Part shown: positions 12,248 to 26,140 of the stretch, in pieces
Layout: every line of letters begins with the position of its first letter
How positions within the stretch are numbered: position 1 is the stretch's first letter
NCBI GenBank assembly: GCA_043228905.1
Contig: JBHGNT010000021.1
Coordinates: 10,974,001 to 11,038,000, forward strand
Direction: 5' to 3'
DNA from: Azolla caroliniana
Lineage: Eukaryota > Plantae > Polypodiophyta
DNA: 64,000 nucleotides
Notes under the pieces: model-generated
Seen by the model: only the letters and a program-made list of their open reading frames with translations
Databases searched by the model: none
What the model was told of the DNA's origin: nothing
Translations under genes and position numbers: made by a program

Positions 12248-15200
12248 GCGTTGATTATTGCCTTAATCTTTCGGGGATCCACAACAATGCCCTCACTACT
12301 TACGATGTGACCGAGCAGTGTACCACTCATCACTCCAAATGTACATTTCACGAGGTTGAGACTCACTCATGTGTCTTCGATTCGGTTCATTCTCTTCTTC
12401 CCATCCCGAGGGACCTGTTTTCCTAACAAACTCTCCCTTCACTCCGACATGGGGTGCTTCATCAATCTGACCCCTTGTCGGCATGAATCGAACTTCTCGG
12501 CTGACAAAACCTTCGTCAACATGTCTAACCCGTTGTTATTTGTGTGGATCTTTACTAGAGCGAAATCCTTTTCATCTACTCGTTCTCGGAGCCAATGATA
12601 TCTTCTTTGGATGTGCTTGGTCCTCGAGTGGTAGGCGACATTCTTCACAAGGTGGATGGCACTCTGGTTATCGCAATGGAGTCAGAATTCCTCCTGCCAA
12701 ATTCCCAACTCTCCGATGAACTCACTCATCCAAATTACTTCCTTGCCCGCTTCCACTACGGCCATGTACTCAGCTTCTATGGTCGACAATGCCACAGCCT
12801 TCTGCAACCTCGATTGCCACGAGACATCTCCCCTTCCATAAGGCAGTCTTGACATCTAGTTGCTCGATTTCGAGATCTATGTTGGCCGCTATGCTCAACA
12901 CTATTTGGATGGACGTCATCTTCACTACCTGGGAAAATATCTCGTCGAAATCCACACCCTTCTTTCACTGGAAGCCTTTCACCACGATTCAGGCTTTATA
13001 TCTAGGTGGATTCCCGCCATCTCCCGGTTTGAGTTTGTATACCCACTTGTTCTGAATTGCCTTCTTCCCTTTTGGCAACTCAGTCAATTCGTATGTGTGG
13101 TTCTCATGCAAGGAATCCATCTCCTCTTGCATGGTAGTTAACCACTTTCGGCTGTGGGTATCGTTCTTAGCTTCTTCAAAGCTTTTTAGCCCCCCCCCCC
13201 CCCCCCCCTTCATCGGTTAACAACACATATTCACCATCCGGGGAGGCCTCCTCTCTCTAAGGGGATATCTTTGGCCTCCATTCGGTATGGTTGGTTCTTC
13301 TTCGACTTCTTCGATCGAGTCAAATTTGGTTCCTCATTCGGCCAATTCCCCTTGTTCTTCAGTCGGTTCTCGATTTTGCCGAGTATTAAATCGGCTGACT
13401 GGCTTGGATTCGATTTCGATCGAATTGACTTCTACTTGATTCGCCCGAGCATCGACTCGACTCGATTCGGTAGTTGGAGACTTATTCTCAATCTCCCAAT
13501 CGAGAATCATCTTCTCTTCCATGAAGATGATGGCTCGGCTCCTAATCAACTTCTTCTCGGCTAAATCCCATAGCCGATAACCGGATTCGTCGTTGTTGTA
13601 ACCAAGAAATATACATGGCTGACATTTTGGGTCCATCTTCCCCCTCTGGTCCTTTGCAATATGCACGTAGGCAAGAAAGCCGAACACCCTCAAGTGTCAG
13701 TATGTAACATCTTTGCCGCTCCACGCCCTTTGTGGAATATCACGGTCCAAGGATACTGAGGGTGATTGGTTTATCACATATGTTGTTGTCATCAATGCCT
13801 CAGCCCATAACTTCTTCGATAACTTTGAATGTGCAAGCATACTTCGGACCCTCTCCTTACGGTCCAATCCATCCTCTTGGCTAGCCTATTAAGCTTTAAT
13901 GTCTCCGGCAGCGTATACTTGAGCCGCATTCCCTGCGTTCGACAGTATTCCTCGAACAGCCCTCGGTATTCACCGTTGTTGTCGGCTCAAATAGCTTTCA
14001 ACTTTCGGTCGGTTTCTCTTTCAGCCTTGGCTTGGAACTCTTTGAAGATGTCTAACACCTGGTCCTTCGTCTTCAGCACGGAAGCCCACAACTTTCAGCT
14101 ATAGTCGTCTATGAAGGTCACGAAAGACTGTGAACCACCATCAGACTTTGTGTCCACGTAGCATGCGTCGGTATGCATGAGTTCCAGTGACATTTTCTTC
14201 CTCATCGGGGGCCTTGTTAGGAAGGAGGTTCTATTCTGCTTGTCGGCCAAGCAATCTGTGCACTTCTCAAGTTGCACATTGTTCACCTCCGGAATGAGGT
14301 TATTCTTGGCAAGCTTCGCATCTCCTTCTTACTCATGTGACATAGCCACTTGTGCCATAGCTCACCGATTATGTCGGCTGCCACATTGACTTCCTCTTGG
14401 CATAATTGAACATTCATTATAGATAATGTGTCGGTTTTTCGGGCTCGAGCCACAATCAGGCTCCCCTTGCAGAACTTCATGACGCCATTCCGGATGCTAC
14501 CATTGTAGCCTTTATTATCCAGTTGGCCGACAGACTGATATCAAATTTAATCTGACTTCCGGAACGTGTCGAACATCTTTCAGCACTAGTCGACATCCAA
14601 TTGAGGTTACCAAACACACTTCTCCTATGCCGGCAATTCGGCATGCTCCTTCATTTCCCATTTTTACAAGACCATGGTCTCTGGCCTTGTATGATGAGAA
14701 GCACTTTCAGTCGAGGGTTAGGTGAAACGACGCACCCGAATCAACCACCCATGTTGATTCTTTGCTAGTGAGATTGACCTCATTTTGTTCACTAATGAAC
14801 AACAACTCCTCTTCACTCGCGGTAATTGTTGAGGTGTTCTTTCTGTCAAGGATTTTCTTCGGCTCTACACCGTCAACTCGCCCTTTCTCCTTTCAAAAGT
14901 GTCAACAATTCTTTTGGAAGTTCCCCAGCTTCCCACAATAGAATCACGTGGGCCTTCCCGTCGACTTTGACCTTGTCCTTAACTTATCTCAATTCTGGGG
15001 ACTTTGATTTCGGCCTCTTCCTTGATTTGTGTCACTTTTTGGGACTAATGCCTTCAGGTTGGCAATGGACTCTCTGTCCTTCCGGTGAGCTTCCTCGTTT
15101 AGTAAGCTCAACTTCACCTGCTCTAGGGATAAGTGTTTCCCTTCCGATCCTGCATTGCCCAATGTGACAACCAGCATTTCCCAACTGTCTGGAAGGGATC

Positions 15201-15402
15201 CCAACAACAATATTTCTAATACCTCATCAGCAAGAGGTACTTAAAGAGGTGGTTTGATTCATCAGTCCTTGGAAGCCATTAATGTGCTCCGCCATGCTGG
15301 AGCTGTGTTGATACCGGAGTCTCACAATCTTTCTGAAAACTGAGACTCTATTCACGGCGTTCTTGTTTTCAAACATTATGCCGATCTTCTTCTAGAGGAC
15401 GT

Positions 15403-16022
15403 TGTCGTGGAGAAAACCGGCCATAGGAGGAAATGGGGGGGAAAAGACGCAGGAACCGACCCTTACACGTGGCCGCATTATTCATTAAGTTGTACATAAC
15501 TAGGTCTGATTCAGCCGATGTAAATATACTAGGTAGTACGCATTAATTTTCTAGGGAATCCAAGTGTATCTCTGTCTGACGAGACAGAGGATAAATGCAT
15601 GTAACCGAGGGTGTAACGGTCTTTCTTAGTGGCCTATAAAAGGGAGGTGAAAAGATTGATATAGGATCGCACATTTTGAGAGGACAAAGTGTTGTCGAAC
15701 TGGGAATCGAGCTCTCTCCTCCAATATCGTTGTTGCTTCTGCAGGGATTTTTGGATAGGTTGGTGGCCTCTGCTGCGTGAAAGCCCGTGTGCTTCTGGTA
15801 GAGGCACCACTGCGTATTTTAGTGCGTGTTGTCACCTGTGTTGAGTCTGTCACCGGCTTGCTGGCTGTAACAGTGGAAGCTCTGTAATCTACACTGCTAT
15901 TGGAATTGTTTCTGTCTCTCTGTGTTTCTGCGAATCGCTCTCCCTCTTCTCTCTCACACTCCTCAGTTCAGGGCCCCCGCGGTCCTGCCTTATTTCATAC
16001 GCGAGAGCGTAACAACTCGACA
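15403..16022 (+). repeat. 5' LTR of A2
   Basis: TG...CA direct repeat of 21335-21972. Confidence 0.93.
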
Positions 16023-19000
16023 TCTTTGGTGAACCCAATGTGAAACAAGGCGGCAGAGGAGTTGAAGATGAGGGGATCGGAGCTCGCCGAAGCCATGGCT
16101 GCAGCGGTTGATCGGATAGTAAGCGCTTGCGAGGGCACAGGTGCCCTCGATAGGGCCATCGAAGCGATTGTCGGTGCGATAGCCTGGTTCAATGGAAAGA
16201 ACGCCATGAGTTATTTGGAGGCCTAATGAACCGAAATGGTGATGAGGGACATTCCGGAAGATAGGCGGTTGGCCGGTTTCCCTTGGTTGGCGACGTCGGG
16301 CATTCACCCAGAGGTGCTCGAGGTACAAGTGGGATGCCGGACCTGGGGAGAGTTTAAAGGCCGGATCCTCGAGAAATACAGGCTTGATGACTCACTTCGG
16401 CTATCAAAACGAGAGTTCATGGAGTGGGTGGAGACCCCCGGAAAGGCAAGGAACATGTTCCCGCTCCTCCAGGAATTTGAAAAACGGTTCGCTCGGTTGT
16501 CGGCGTTGGACCGGACTGTGCTTGACACAAGCCGGGTCCTATTGTTCGTCAAAGCGGTGGACGCCTTGGACAGGGAGAAAGTGGGTCTCCTATTGGAGAT
16601 GGACGAAGGGCTCATGATAGATTGGGCCGTGGTAAAACAAGTCCGTAGTCGTTTCGACAAACGGCACGAATGGAGCGGTGAGGCTGGTCCCGACGAGAAA
16701 GTTCGAGGAGCCGGTATTGGTAAGGAAAGATGAGACTCGCACTTGGCTGGAGTCGGGTGCGGGCCCGTCCGACGTGGTCAAGGGACTCTCTGGGGGATCA
16801 GCTCTAGAGGAGTTGACACAAATGATGCGGGATCTCCAGATCGCGCATGCCCAGAGAGATAGCGGCGAACAGTCTCATGACCGGAGGCTCGGCGGGGCAA
16901 TGGTGCATGTGGTGTGACGTGGTCGGTCACATCCAGAAGGAATGCGCGGATTTTGCAGAAGCACTCAGGACTAACGCAGTGTACCTCTGGAATGGGCAGG
17001 TACACGCGAGCAAGAATCAGAAAGCCCTGGAGTTGAATACCGGGCACGACGGAATGAAGTGGTTGATTGAGGAAGCCGTGGCGCGACACGTAGAGGCCAT
17101 CCACTACTCGGCGTCGGTGGGGATCTGGGCCGGGGGCGATGAGGATTAGAAGGCGAAAGACTTCGGGTTTTGGCCGCTGGTGCTAAAGGGCCTCTCCAGG
17201 ATCCGGCTAAAGGAGGAAGAGGCGGACTGCACAGAGCAGCGGATCCGAGAGGTCACTGGATGGGACAATCTGGTCGAGGAAAAGACTGGCTTCGTGGAAG
17301 CCGCATGCCAGAACTATGAGGTTCTATTGGAAGATAAACGCATGGGTAAGGCCGGAGGGGCCGGACCCTCACAACGATACGAGACCCGGTTCGGCCCAAA
17401 GAAGAACAATGCCGGCAATCCCGGCGTGCCAAACAAACCCAAGCCAGCCGGTTACTGGTTGAGCATTGAGATTGAAAGAACCACGGACCTACGAAAGGTC
17501 CTAGAGGAGCAGATTCTCGACAACAAGGTTGAGTTGTCGCTATGGGAAGTGCTTGGGATCACAAAGAAGGAGTTCCACGATTCTATCATGGACTTGGTGA
17601 AGCGGAAGCGGCTCTCAACGGAGCTGGAACCGGAGAAGCCCGTGGAGGTGCGGACAACGCACCTGGAAGACACGGCCCTAGAGGACGAGTTGGTGGAAAG
17701 CCATTATTTGAAGTTACACTGGGCCAGGGCCACGATAGAGACCCCTGTTCGGATCGGCGACGTCCAGGAGCCGGTCGTGGCTTTGATAGACCACGACTCA
17801 GAAATCAACTTGATGTCCATGGACTTTTACAAAAAGGGGAAATGGCCAATCAATACCAAGCACGGTTGGAAGATACACGCGACGACTTATGCTATGGAGG
17901 AGCTACATGGGGCGTGCCCGAATGTGCGCGTCAAGATCGGCGACGTCGAGATAGATCAACACTTTTTCGTGCAGGAGACGTCCTCGCACCCGGTGATTCT
18001 CGACGAACCGTACATTACTGCGACACGCATGGAAACAAAGGTGCTTGACAACGGTTCGGTGTACGCGCGCGTCAAAAGCCAAGACGGACGGATGACACTC
18101 CGTCCAATTCTTGACCGTACAACCGAACCATGAGTGTAACCGTGAGACCCTCGGCGGCGACAGTCGAGGGGATATTTAGAGAGGGCTATCAAGGTGTGGG
18201 GCCGCGATAGTCCGGACAACCCGGAGGAACCCCACACATGTACCATAGGAAGGAAATTTTGGTTCTCCGATAACAGAGGTTGTACTATAACCGGCATTAG
18301 TGGCCGGGAAAAGAAGCATGCGGAGTCCAACGACTTAGGATGTGCGGAGTCCTCACCCCGATGAAGAAATTAGCGGCGCCGTGGAGGCGCGGTCTCTTTT
18401 GACAACACCTTGGGGGCACTACAGAAGGTGTTCGTCGAAGGCCTCAGTGAGGACCGGATGGTTCCGGTTAGTTCTGTGGAGATGTACGAAGTCATCGCTG
18501 ACTTTGGGGAAAGGGTCGGGTCTGATCGGATGGCCCACGTGGATACAAGGTACAAGACTGTGGACCGGAAGGTGAGGCCAGTAGCGGCTCCCTTGCCGGA
18601 GGGCAGCAGGGAGCGGATAAAGGGGGTCACATCCAACCCAAGTTTGCAGAATTCAGTTGGTAGAGGACACCGGTTCACCGACATAACGTTGCGGGAGCTC
18701 AAGGTTGGTAGGGGTGGGTTTCTACTGCCGGCGGAGGAGGAACGGTTTCGGAGGATGCTCGGAAGGCATGGGAAAGCCTTCGCATTCTCACCGGAGGAGA
18801 TCGGGTGCATGGACCCGACGATCATAGAACCGATGGTGATATTCACAGTGCCGCATGTGTCGTGGAATCTCAAACTGATTCCGGTACCCAGAGCTCACAT
18901 CCCGAAGTTGATGGAGCTGCTGAAGTAGAAAGTGGAGATGGGCATCCTCGAACCATCGAGTGCCCCATATTCGAATCAGTGGTTTACTATGCCAAAGAAG

Positions 19001-21334
19001 AACGGCACGCTGCGCTTCATTCAGGACCTGCAATTGGTCAATAAAGTGACCATTCGAAATGCAGGAGTCGGACCAACGATTGACGAGTTTGCAGAGGGCT
19101 TCGCCGGAAGGTCGATCTATTCGGTCGGGGATCAATACTTGAGGTACGACCAGTTCCAACTAGCTGTGGAAAGCAGGGATATTACTACGTTGCGGACTCC
19201 TCTCGGCCTAGTGCGGATGTGTACCTTGCCGCAAAGAGGGACCAACTCAGTGGCGCACATGGTGAACGCTATGAACAAAGTGCTGAGAGATTGCATATCG
19301 AACATCACCATGTTGTTTTTGGATGAGATATCGATAAAAGGGTGTCCGGTGGAGGGTAAGGACGAAACGGTCGGACCGAATGGGTGTCGGAGATTCGTTT
19401 CGGACCACATCAGAGATTGCAAGAAGGTGCTACAAAGGCTGGAAAGCGCGCGACTTACCTACTCCGGAGAAAAATCGTCTTTCGGTCGATAAAAAATCTT
19501 AGTGTTTGGTCACTTGGTGGGCCTTATGGCCGGAAACCATCTCTGGCAAAGGTTGAAGCCATTTCCGCGATGAAGGAGGAATGCAAGTCGGTAATGGAGG
19601 TGCGGAGGTTCCTAGGGGTGTGTGCGTTCTACCACATCTAGGTTCCGCATTACGCACACATCGCGGAACCGCTCTACAAGCTGCTAAAGAAAGGGCGCAA
19701 ATTCGACTAGGGCGAGGAACATACGGAGTCGGTCCGGAGATTGAAAGAAGCGCTTACTGTGGCACTGATACTTTGTAAAGCGGTTTACGGCAAGGAGGTC
19801 CCAATCTACGTAACCGTAGACACAAGCCCAACCGGGATCGGATGGGTGATCAATCAGGAGGACGAGAGCGGCGTGCGGTTCCCGATCCGGTTCGGGGCGA
19901 AGGTATTGAGTGAGCGGCAGCGAGGATACGCCCAAGTCAAGCGCGAATTGTGGGGTATCGTTTCGGCTGTCAAGGCCGACAAGGACTATCTAATCATGAC
20001 GGAAGTAATAATCGAGACAGACTACCTACCGATCCTCAGAATGGTTTCCAGATGCACGACGCCAGACCTAGCAATGCTCCGATGGATCGCGTACATCAAG
20101 TCCCTAAGTCCAGAGATATGGCAAATCTCCGGAAAGGACAACGCCATGGCTGGCATGCTTCCAAGAGCGAGGTTTGACGACGAGGACGACATGGTTTCGG
20201 AGGGCGAAGAAGTCAGCGAGGACTTCTTCGAGTCGGCTTACCTAGCAAGGGTAGGTAGCACCCCGGTGCTTAACGAGTTTCACGAGGGTGAATATGAAGG
20301 GGAGTGGCTCAGGATCGGTAGATTCCTGAAGACAATGACGTCGAACACTGCGTGGACTTGATGCGGTACCTAGTGCTGGTGCGAGAAGACTTGATGAACC
20401 AAGTGGAGGGCCACGCACTGCAGAATAAAATGACTGTGGTGGTGTGCCGATTCCTGAGTGAGGAGGTGGTGTGCCGATACGGATGCGTAGGGAAGATCAT
20501 GGCTGACCGGGGCGAGTTGGATGCACGAGAAGCCGAAGAGTTATTCGACAAGTTAGGGGTGAAGCTCTCTCTCACTACGACGTACAACCCGGAGGCTAAC
20601 GAGAAGATAGAACGCGGGCACGGGCCGATCGTGAAGGCATTAGTATGCGCGTGTGAAGGTCAAGTTGGGAATTGGCCGCGGCTCCTACCTTACGCGTTAT
20701 GGGCAGACCGAATGACGCACAGTTCGGTAACCGGGTTCATGCCGACGGAGTTAATGTACGGGTAGAAGCCAATCATGCTAGTGGAACGGACGATTTCTTC
20801 CTGGGCCACGGTAGATTGGAAGGACGAGATGAGCCGGGAGGAGCTGTTGATGGCGTGGATTCGACAGCTCGAGCGAAGACCGGAGGACGTGGAGCGGGCA
20901 AAGGCGAAGCTGCAAACGGCGAGGGGGAGGAACAAAGGCCGGTTCGACCAAACACACCGGCTGGAGCCAAAGAAGATAGAAGAAGGCGACTAGGTGTTGG
21001 TGTACGACATCAGACTCGACAACCAGCACAAGGCGTCGCGCAAATTCGTGAGGAGGTGGTTTGGGACCTACGCCATAACAAGCGCAAACGACAATGACAC
21101 CTACCATCTTGTGGAGCTTGACAGGACGCAATTAGCAGTACCGGTAGCAGGGAAGCGGATCAAGGCTTTCAAGAAGCGGCATGAAGACAAGTTGGACCCG
21201 TGAAGCGAGGACGACGATGACGATCGGCTCAGAGCAGACGAGGGATCGGGGAGCGACGAGTAGAGGTGAGCCGGTTTCTCCAGTAACTGTTCCTCCGGCG
21301 CATACCGGTGGATGCACGGTTTGGTGGGGGCGGA

Positions 21335-21972
21335 TGTCGTGGAGAAAATCGGCCATAGGAGGAAACGGGGGGGAAAAGACATAGGAACCGACCCTTACGT
21401 GTGGCCGCACTATTCATTAAGTTGTACATAACTAGGTCAGATTGAGCCAATGTAAATATACTAGGTAGTACACATTAGTTTTCTAGGGAATCCAACCGTA
21501 TCTCTATCTGACTGGTCAGAGGATAAATGCATGTAACCGAGGGTGTAATGGTCTTCCTCGGTGGCCTATAAAAGGGAGGGGAAAAGACTGATACAGGATC
21601 ACACATTTTGAGAGGACGAAGTGATGTAGGACTGGGAACCGAGCTCTCTCCTCCACTATCGTTGTTGCTTCTGTAGGGATTTTTGGATAGGTTGGTGGCC
21701 TCTGTTGTGTGAAAGCCCGTGTGCTTCCGGTAGAGGCACCACTGCATATTTCAGTGTGTGTGGTCACCTGTGTTGAGTTTGTCACCAGCTTGCCGGTTGT
21801 AACATTGCAAGCTCTGTAATCTACACTGCTATTGGAATTGTTTCTTTCGTTTCTTTCGTTTCTGTCTCTCTGTGTTTCTGCAAATTGCTCTCCCTCTTCT
21901 CTCTCACACTCCTCGGTTTAGGGCCCCCGCGGTCCTGCCTTATTTCATACACAAGAGCGTAACAACTCGACA
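21335..21972 (+). repeat. 3' LTR of A2
   Basis: Follows purine tract GGTGGGGGCGGA; direct repeat of the 5' LTR with many transitions. Confidence 0.93.
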
Positions 21973-22233
21973 ACATCGTCACTCGTATCTTCATCAAAGT
22001 TGTTGTATAGACTCATGTCTATAAAACACCTTATATATGCAACCAACTTCAGATGCATGACTTCCCAAGTCGATGCATCAATCTTGTCTAGCTTCGTCTT
22101 GTCGTATTGCACCGACAACCACAGATCTTTGCATACGAGCATATCTCACATCTTCAACTTCCACACTGAGTAGTTGGAGCCGGTTAACTTGAACATTCCA
22201 GCGAAGTGTTCATCCATCGCTCTGATACCACTT

Positions 22234-22790
22234 TGTTAGGATCGTGACCGGCCACAACCGGTTCTACTTCGAATGTTCAAGTGCAAAGATCAAGAAAGAT
22301 AGTGCACGAGCAGAAAAACGAGAAGGCAGAAAACACAAGTATAGAGACACAAACCCGAAAGGGAAAAACCACAGGGGTCCATGAACCCCGAGAAACAGAA
22401 TCACTATAATCGCGAGGAAATACAACAATGAGAATCTCAAGGCAATGACCTATGAGTTAACCTTTGTCAGATCAACGACTACAGAGTTACTCACATTCTT
22501 ACACACACACACACTCTCTCTCTCTCTCTTCCGAGTTATAGAGGCGACAACCTTTTCTAACTATCTGACAATAATAATGATCAACAATCACCTAATAAAG
22601 TTTGCCCTAGTTGCATTTATACTTATGCAACTTTCTAGATATTTACAAATATAGCCCACATGGGGCACATTTAGGCTATTTACAAATATAGTCTCCCAAA
22701 TCGGTTATATAATCGATTCTCAAATTACCCATGGGTTTTCGATTCAGTTCATTCTCTTCTTCCCATTCGGAGGGACATGTTTTCCCAACA
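22234..22790 (-). repeat. 5' LTR of C2
   Basis: TGTT...AACA ends, adjacent PBS TGGTATCAGAGC, start homologous to 12365-12428. Confidence 0.85.
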
Positions 22791-23930
22791 ATTAGTGCAC
22801 CTCAAGGAGTCTTTTTTCTTGACTGAGATAACTGGGACATTGCAAGGAGATCTATTATAACGAATGTGATCCATCCTTAAGTAATCCTAAAGTTGTATTG
22901 AGATCTCATCCTCTTCAATTTTTATACTATGTTGATAAGGTGGAATGCACTAATAGGAGCATCACGTGGTATGGGATTTACTTTACAGTGAAACACTAGA
23001 TCTAAGTGAGGAATGAAATCATTGAAAGCATTTGTGATTGAATCCAGTAAGTAATCTTGGTTCACGAAAAGCAAGTTCATACCATGAGTAAGAAAAGAAA
23101 TGACTCTTTTTTTACACCATGAAAGGGAGCCGGTGAATGGATAGATACATACATACATACATACAATTGGTTAACTCGAGAAGAGAAGAAGAATGTGAAA
23201 TGCCCAATTCACAATATGATTTGATTATATCATTACCAGGCAGCGTAGGCTGTAGCGTAGCGTGATGCTGAATGTTGTGGTCATCCCTCCCTCTCCCCCT
23301 GCAGCGCTAGAAAGAAAGCATTGCAAAATCTTTTTGAGAACCCCGACTGAATCTTTTGGATGGAGGCGGAGGAGGAGGCTATTCTACTCTTCTCTACTCT
23401 ACTCTACTCTACTATGGGCAGGCAGGGCAAATGCATGCTTGCTTGGCTTCTCTTCCAACAATAGAAATGTTGCAACTTCTACGGACTCTTCTATAATATC
23501 TGCACGAGTCACCGAATAATGATGGATGCCTTCACAGAAGTACGACATTTGATGCATGCATGCATGCATGCATCCATCCATGTAAGATTCGATAGTTGAG
23601 GGAAGGAAGGTGAAGGAAATGCAGGGAACACAGAGCTTAGCTGCGCTTTCTTCCTCTTGACCGAGGATTAGAGCATGAAAGTAACGTATGCAAACTAATG
23701 ACCCAGGTAACAGCATCAGTTACAAAGGAGATGGGAGTGAGTGTCAGTGTGTTTTCTCTACAGCTCCCTCCCTCCCTCCCTCATCATCAGCTGCAAGGAC
23801 AGACTCACAACCTATCGATATCCACAGCATTGGGCCTGGGGATGCATGCATGGTATAAAACAGAATTTATGCACTCGTCACAACAAAGTGCACGAATGTC
23901 AAATTTCGGGCTCGGAAATCATGTGCTGAG

Positions 23931-26006
23931 ATGAAAGGCAAGCTGTACAGTGACCATGGCCACCTTCGTGGAAATCTGAATTGGTTGCAAACAGAGCTCT
24001 TCAATGGCAATGCTGACATTACTATGTATGCCAAACTTGGCTACCTTGCAAAAGCTCAAATGGTATTTGACATGCTCCCAGTTAGGGATCTTGTCTCATG
24101 GAATGTACTCATTGCTGGTTATGGAAAATCTGAGAAAGCATTGACTTGTTATCGACTTATGCAAGTAGAAGGCATATCACCAGATGCTTTCACTTATGTA
24201 AGTATCTTAAATGCATGTGGGGCTTTTCGAAAGGTAGAAAAAGGGAGAATGTTGCACAAGGAGATTGTCATGAGAGGGCCTTTTGAATGCAATGTAGTTG
24301 TTGGCAATGCGCTTCTTGATATGTATGCCAAATGTGATTCTCATTTAGAAGTACAGAAAGTTTTCGACAGCCTTCCCATCCGAGATGTGATCTCATGGAA
24401 TGTGATAATTTATGGGTATGCTAAAAATCATGATGCTCACAAATCAATAGAATGTTTCAAAAGGATGCTGATTCAGGGATGCCCTCGGAATGCAGTGACA
24501 TATGTTTCTGTCCTCAAGTCTTGCTCTAGTTTTCAGGGAATAGACAAGGGCAAAGAAATACATACTGAAATTATACAACAAGGGTTGCTGGAAAGAAATG
24601 TTGTCCTTGGAAATGCGCTGGTTAATATGTATGCAGAGTATGGATGTTTGCACCAAGCACATGAAGCATTCGATAAGCTTCCTGTACAAAACGTGGTTTC
24701 GTGGACTTCACTGATTGCAGGGTATGCCAAACATGATAAAAATGAAGAAGCGATTCAATGTTTTGACCAAATTCAACTCAAGGGTATCGTCCCAAATTCT
24801 GTTACATTTCTTTATGCTTTGAAAGCTTGTGGGAATCTTGGTGCTGTAGACAAGGGCACTGTAATACATATCGAAATAGCTAGGAAAGGATTACTTGGGA
24901 CTGATCCTATGGTGTCCAATGCCATAGTAGACATGTATATTAAATGTGGTTTCCTTGGAAAAGCACAAGAGGCTTTTTATGATCTTGAAGCTCAAGATGA
25001 GATCCTTTGGACTGCTTTGATTGCAGGGTATGTGAGGCATGGTCTTTACCACGAAGCCTTGCAGTGTTTTGAAAGCATGCAGATCGAGGGAATCCCTCCA
25101 AATTCAGTGACATTTGTCTCTATTTTAAAAGCATGTGGAAGTATTGCAGCAGCAGATGGAGGCAGCAAAATATATTCCAAAGTCTGTGAAAAGGGACTAC
25201 TTAGAAGTGATGTGGTGGTTGGAAATGCTGTGATTGATATGTTTGTGAAGTGTAAGTTGCTTTCAAAAGCACAATCAGTGTTTGATGAGCTTCATATTCG
25301 TGATTTGATATCATGGACCACGTTGATTGCGGGATACATCGAGCATGAAATGGCAGAGGAAGCAATTATCTGTTTCCAACAGATGCAGTTGGAGGGTTTC
25401 TCTCCAAACGGTACTACATTTGTATGTATTTTGAAAGGCTGTGGTATTCTTGGAGCTGTAGGAATGGGAACAAAAATATATGGGGAAATAGCCAGCAAAG
25501 GAATCTCAGATAGAAACCCTTTTGTGGGCAATGCACTGGTAAACATGTACGCAAAATGTGGTTTGCTTCACAAAGCACAGGAAGTATTTAACATTATTCA
25601 AGTTAGAGATGTGGTTGCATGGACAGCTTTGATCACAGGATACGTCCAGCTTGGTGATAATCTGAATGTTTTCCATATATTTGACACAATGAAAGTAGAG
25701 GGCATAAAGCCAGATTGTGTCACATATCTTAGTATTCTGAGTGCATGTAGTCACATGGGTCTAGTGGATATGGGCCACATCTATTTTAATTTTATGGTTG
25801 AAGAGTATAGTGTAGGTCCTGCACTTGAGCACTACACTTGCATAATAGATCTGCTAGGCCGAACTGGTAATGTGGACTGTGCATTAGATACACTGAAGAA
25901 AATGCACTATCCAGCTGACGTTGTATTGTGGCATGCAGTATTAGATGCTAGTAGGAAGTTGGGTCATTTGGAGCTAGCAAGAATGGTGTATGAACAAACA
26001 ATGTGA
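23931..26006 (+). CDS. PLS-class pentatricopeptide repeat protein (organellar RNA-editing factor type), ending in the E domain with no DYW
   Basis: Intronless 691-aa ORF of P-L-S triplets (VVSWTSLIAGY, PNSVTF..ILKACG, VGNALVNMYAKCG) and terminal EHYTCIIDLLGR...VVLWHAVLDASR. Confidence 0.92.
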   Translation: MKGKLYSDHGHLRGNLNWLQTELFNGNADITMYAKLGYLAKAQMVFDMLPVRDLVSWNVLIAGYGKSEKALTCYRLMQVEGISPDAFTYVSILNACGAFRKVEKGRMLHKEIVMRGPFECNVVVGNALLDMYAKCDSHLEVQKVFDSLPIRDVISWNVIIYGYAKNHDAHKSIECFKRMLIQGCPRNAVTYVSVLKSCSSFQGIDKGKEIHTEIIQQGLLERNVVLGNALVNMYAEYGCLHQAHEAFDKLPVQNVVSWTSLIAGYAKHDKNEEAIQCFDQIQLKGIVPNSVTFLYALKACGNLGAVDKGTVIHIEIARKGLLGTDPMVSNAIVDMYIKCGFLGKAQEAFYDLEAQDEILWTALIAGYVRHGLYHEALQCFESMQIEGIPPNSVTFVSILKACGSIAAADGGSKIYSKVCEKGLLRSDVVVGNAVIDMFVKCKLLSKAQSVFDELHIRDLISWTTLIAGYIEHEMAEEAIICFQQMQLEGFSPNGTTFVCILKGCGILGAVGMGTKIYGEIASKGISDRNPFVGNALVNMYAKCGLLHKAQEVFNIIQVRDVVAWTALITGYVQLGDNLNVFHIFDTMKVEGIKPDCVTYLSILSACSHMGLVDMGHIYFNFMVEEYSVGPALEHYTCIIDLLGRTGNVDCALDTLKKMHYPADVVLWHAVLDASRKLGHLELARMVYEQTM

Positions 26007-26140
26007 TTCAACAACAAAGGTTTATTAATTGCATGTGTGAAAAAATATTTACTAGCGATATTGATGCTAGTAATGTCAATAAATTGTTAATCGACTTACT
26101 TGCCATTTGAAAAAGCTGGCGCTGCTTCGTCTGATCCTAC

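Larger units (their letters stand above)
9900..12366 (-). mobile_element. Decayed Tat/Athila-like gypsy RT-RNase H remnant (F), split by the foldback element
   Basis: KCTFGV.SG.LLGHIVS.EGI.VDP.KI (12248-12366) continues as PTPKNAK after the insertion; KLARWMLLLQEF in ORF 9966-10334. Confidence 0.75.
15403..21972 (+). mobile_element. Ty3/gypsy family A copy A2, full length but degenerate
   Basis: LTRs 15403-16022 and 21335-21972, Trp PBS at 16027, PPT before the 3' LTR, gag/PR/RT/RH/IN fragments; TSD ACGT/ACAT; integrase HHCC region deleted at about 20355. Confidence 0.95.
12365..22790 (-). mobile_element. Ty1/copia retrotransposon C2 (degenerate), host of A2
   Basis: 5' LTR 22234-22790, iMet PBS 22219-22230, gag ATG at 22217, pol fragments 12439-15400 ending YHSRTKHIQRRYHW, PPT about 12431-12440, 3' LTR truncated to about 12365-12428. 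Confidence 0.9.

Noticed and set aside
13190-13207. Poly-C run of about 18 nt
   Set aside because: Slippage expansion inside decayed copia pol (TDEGEP codons); no evidence of function.
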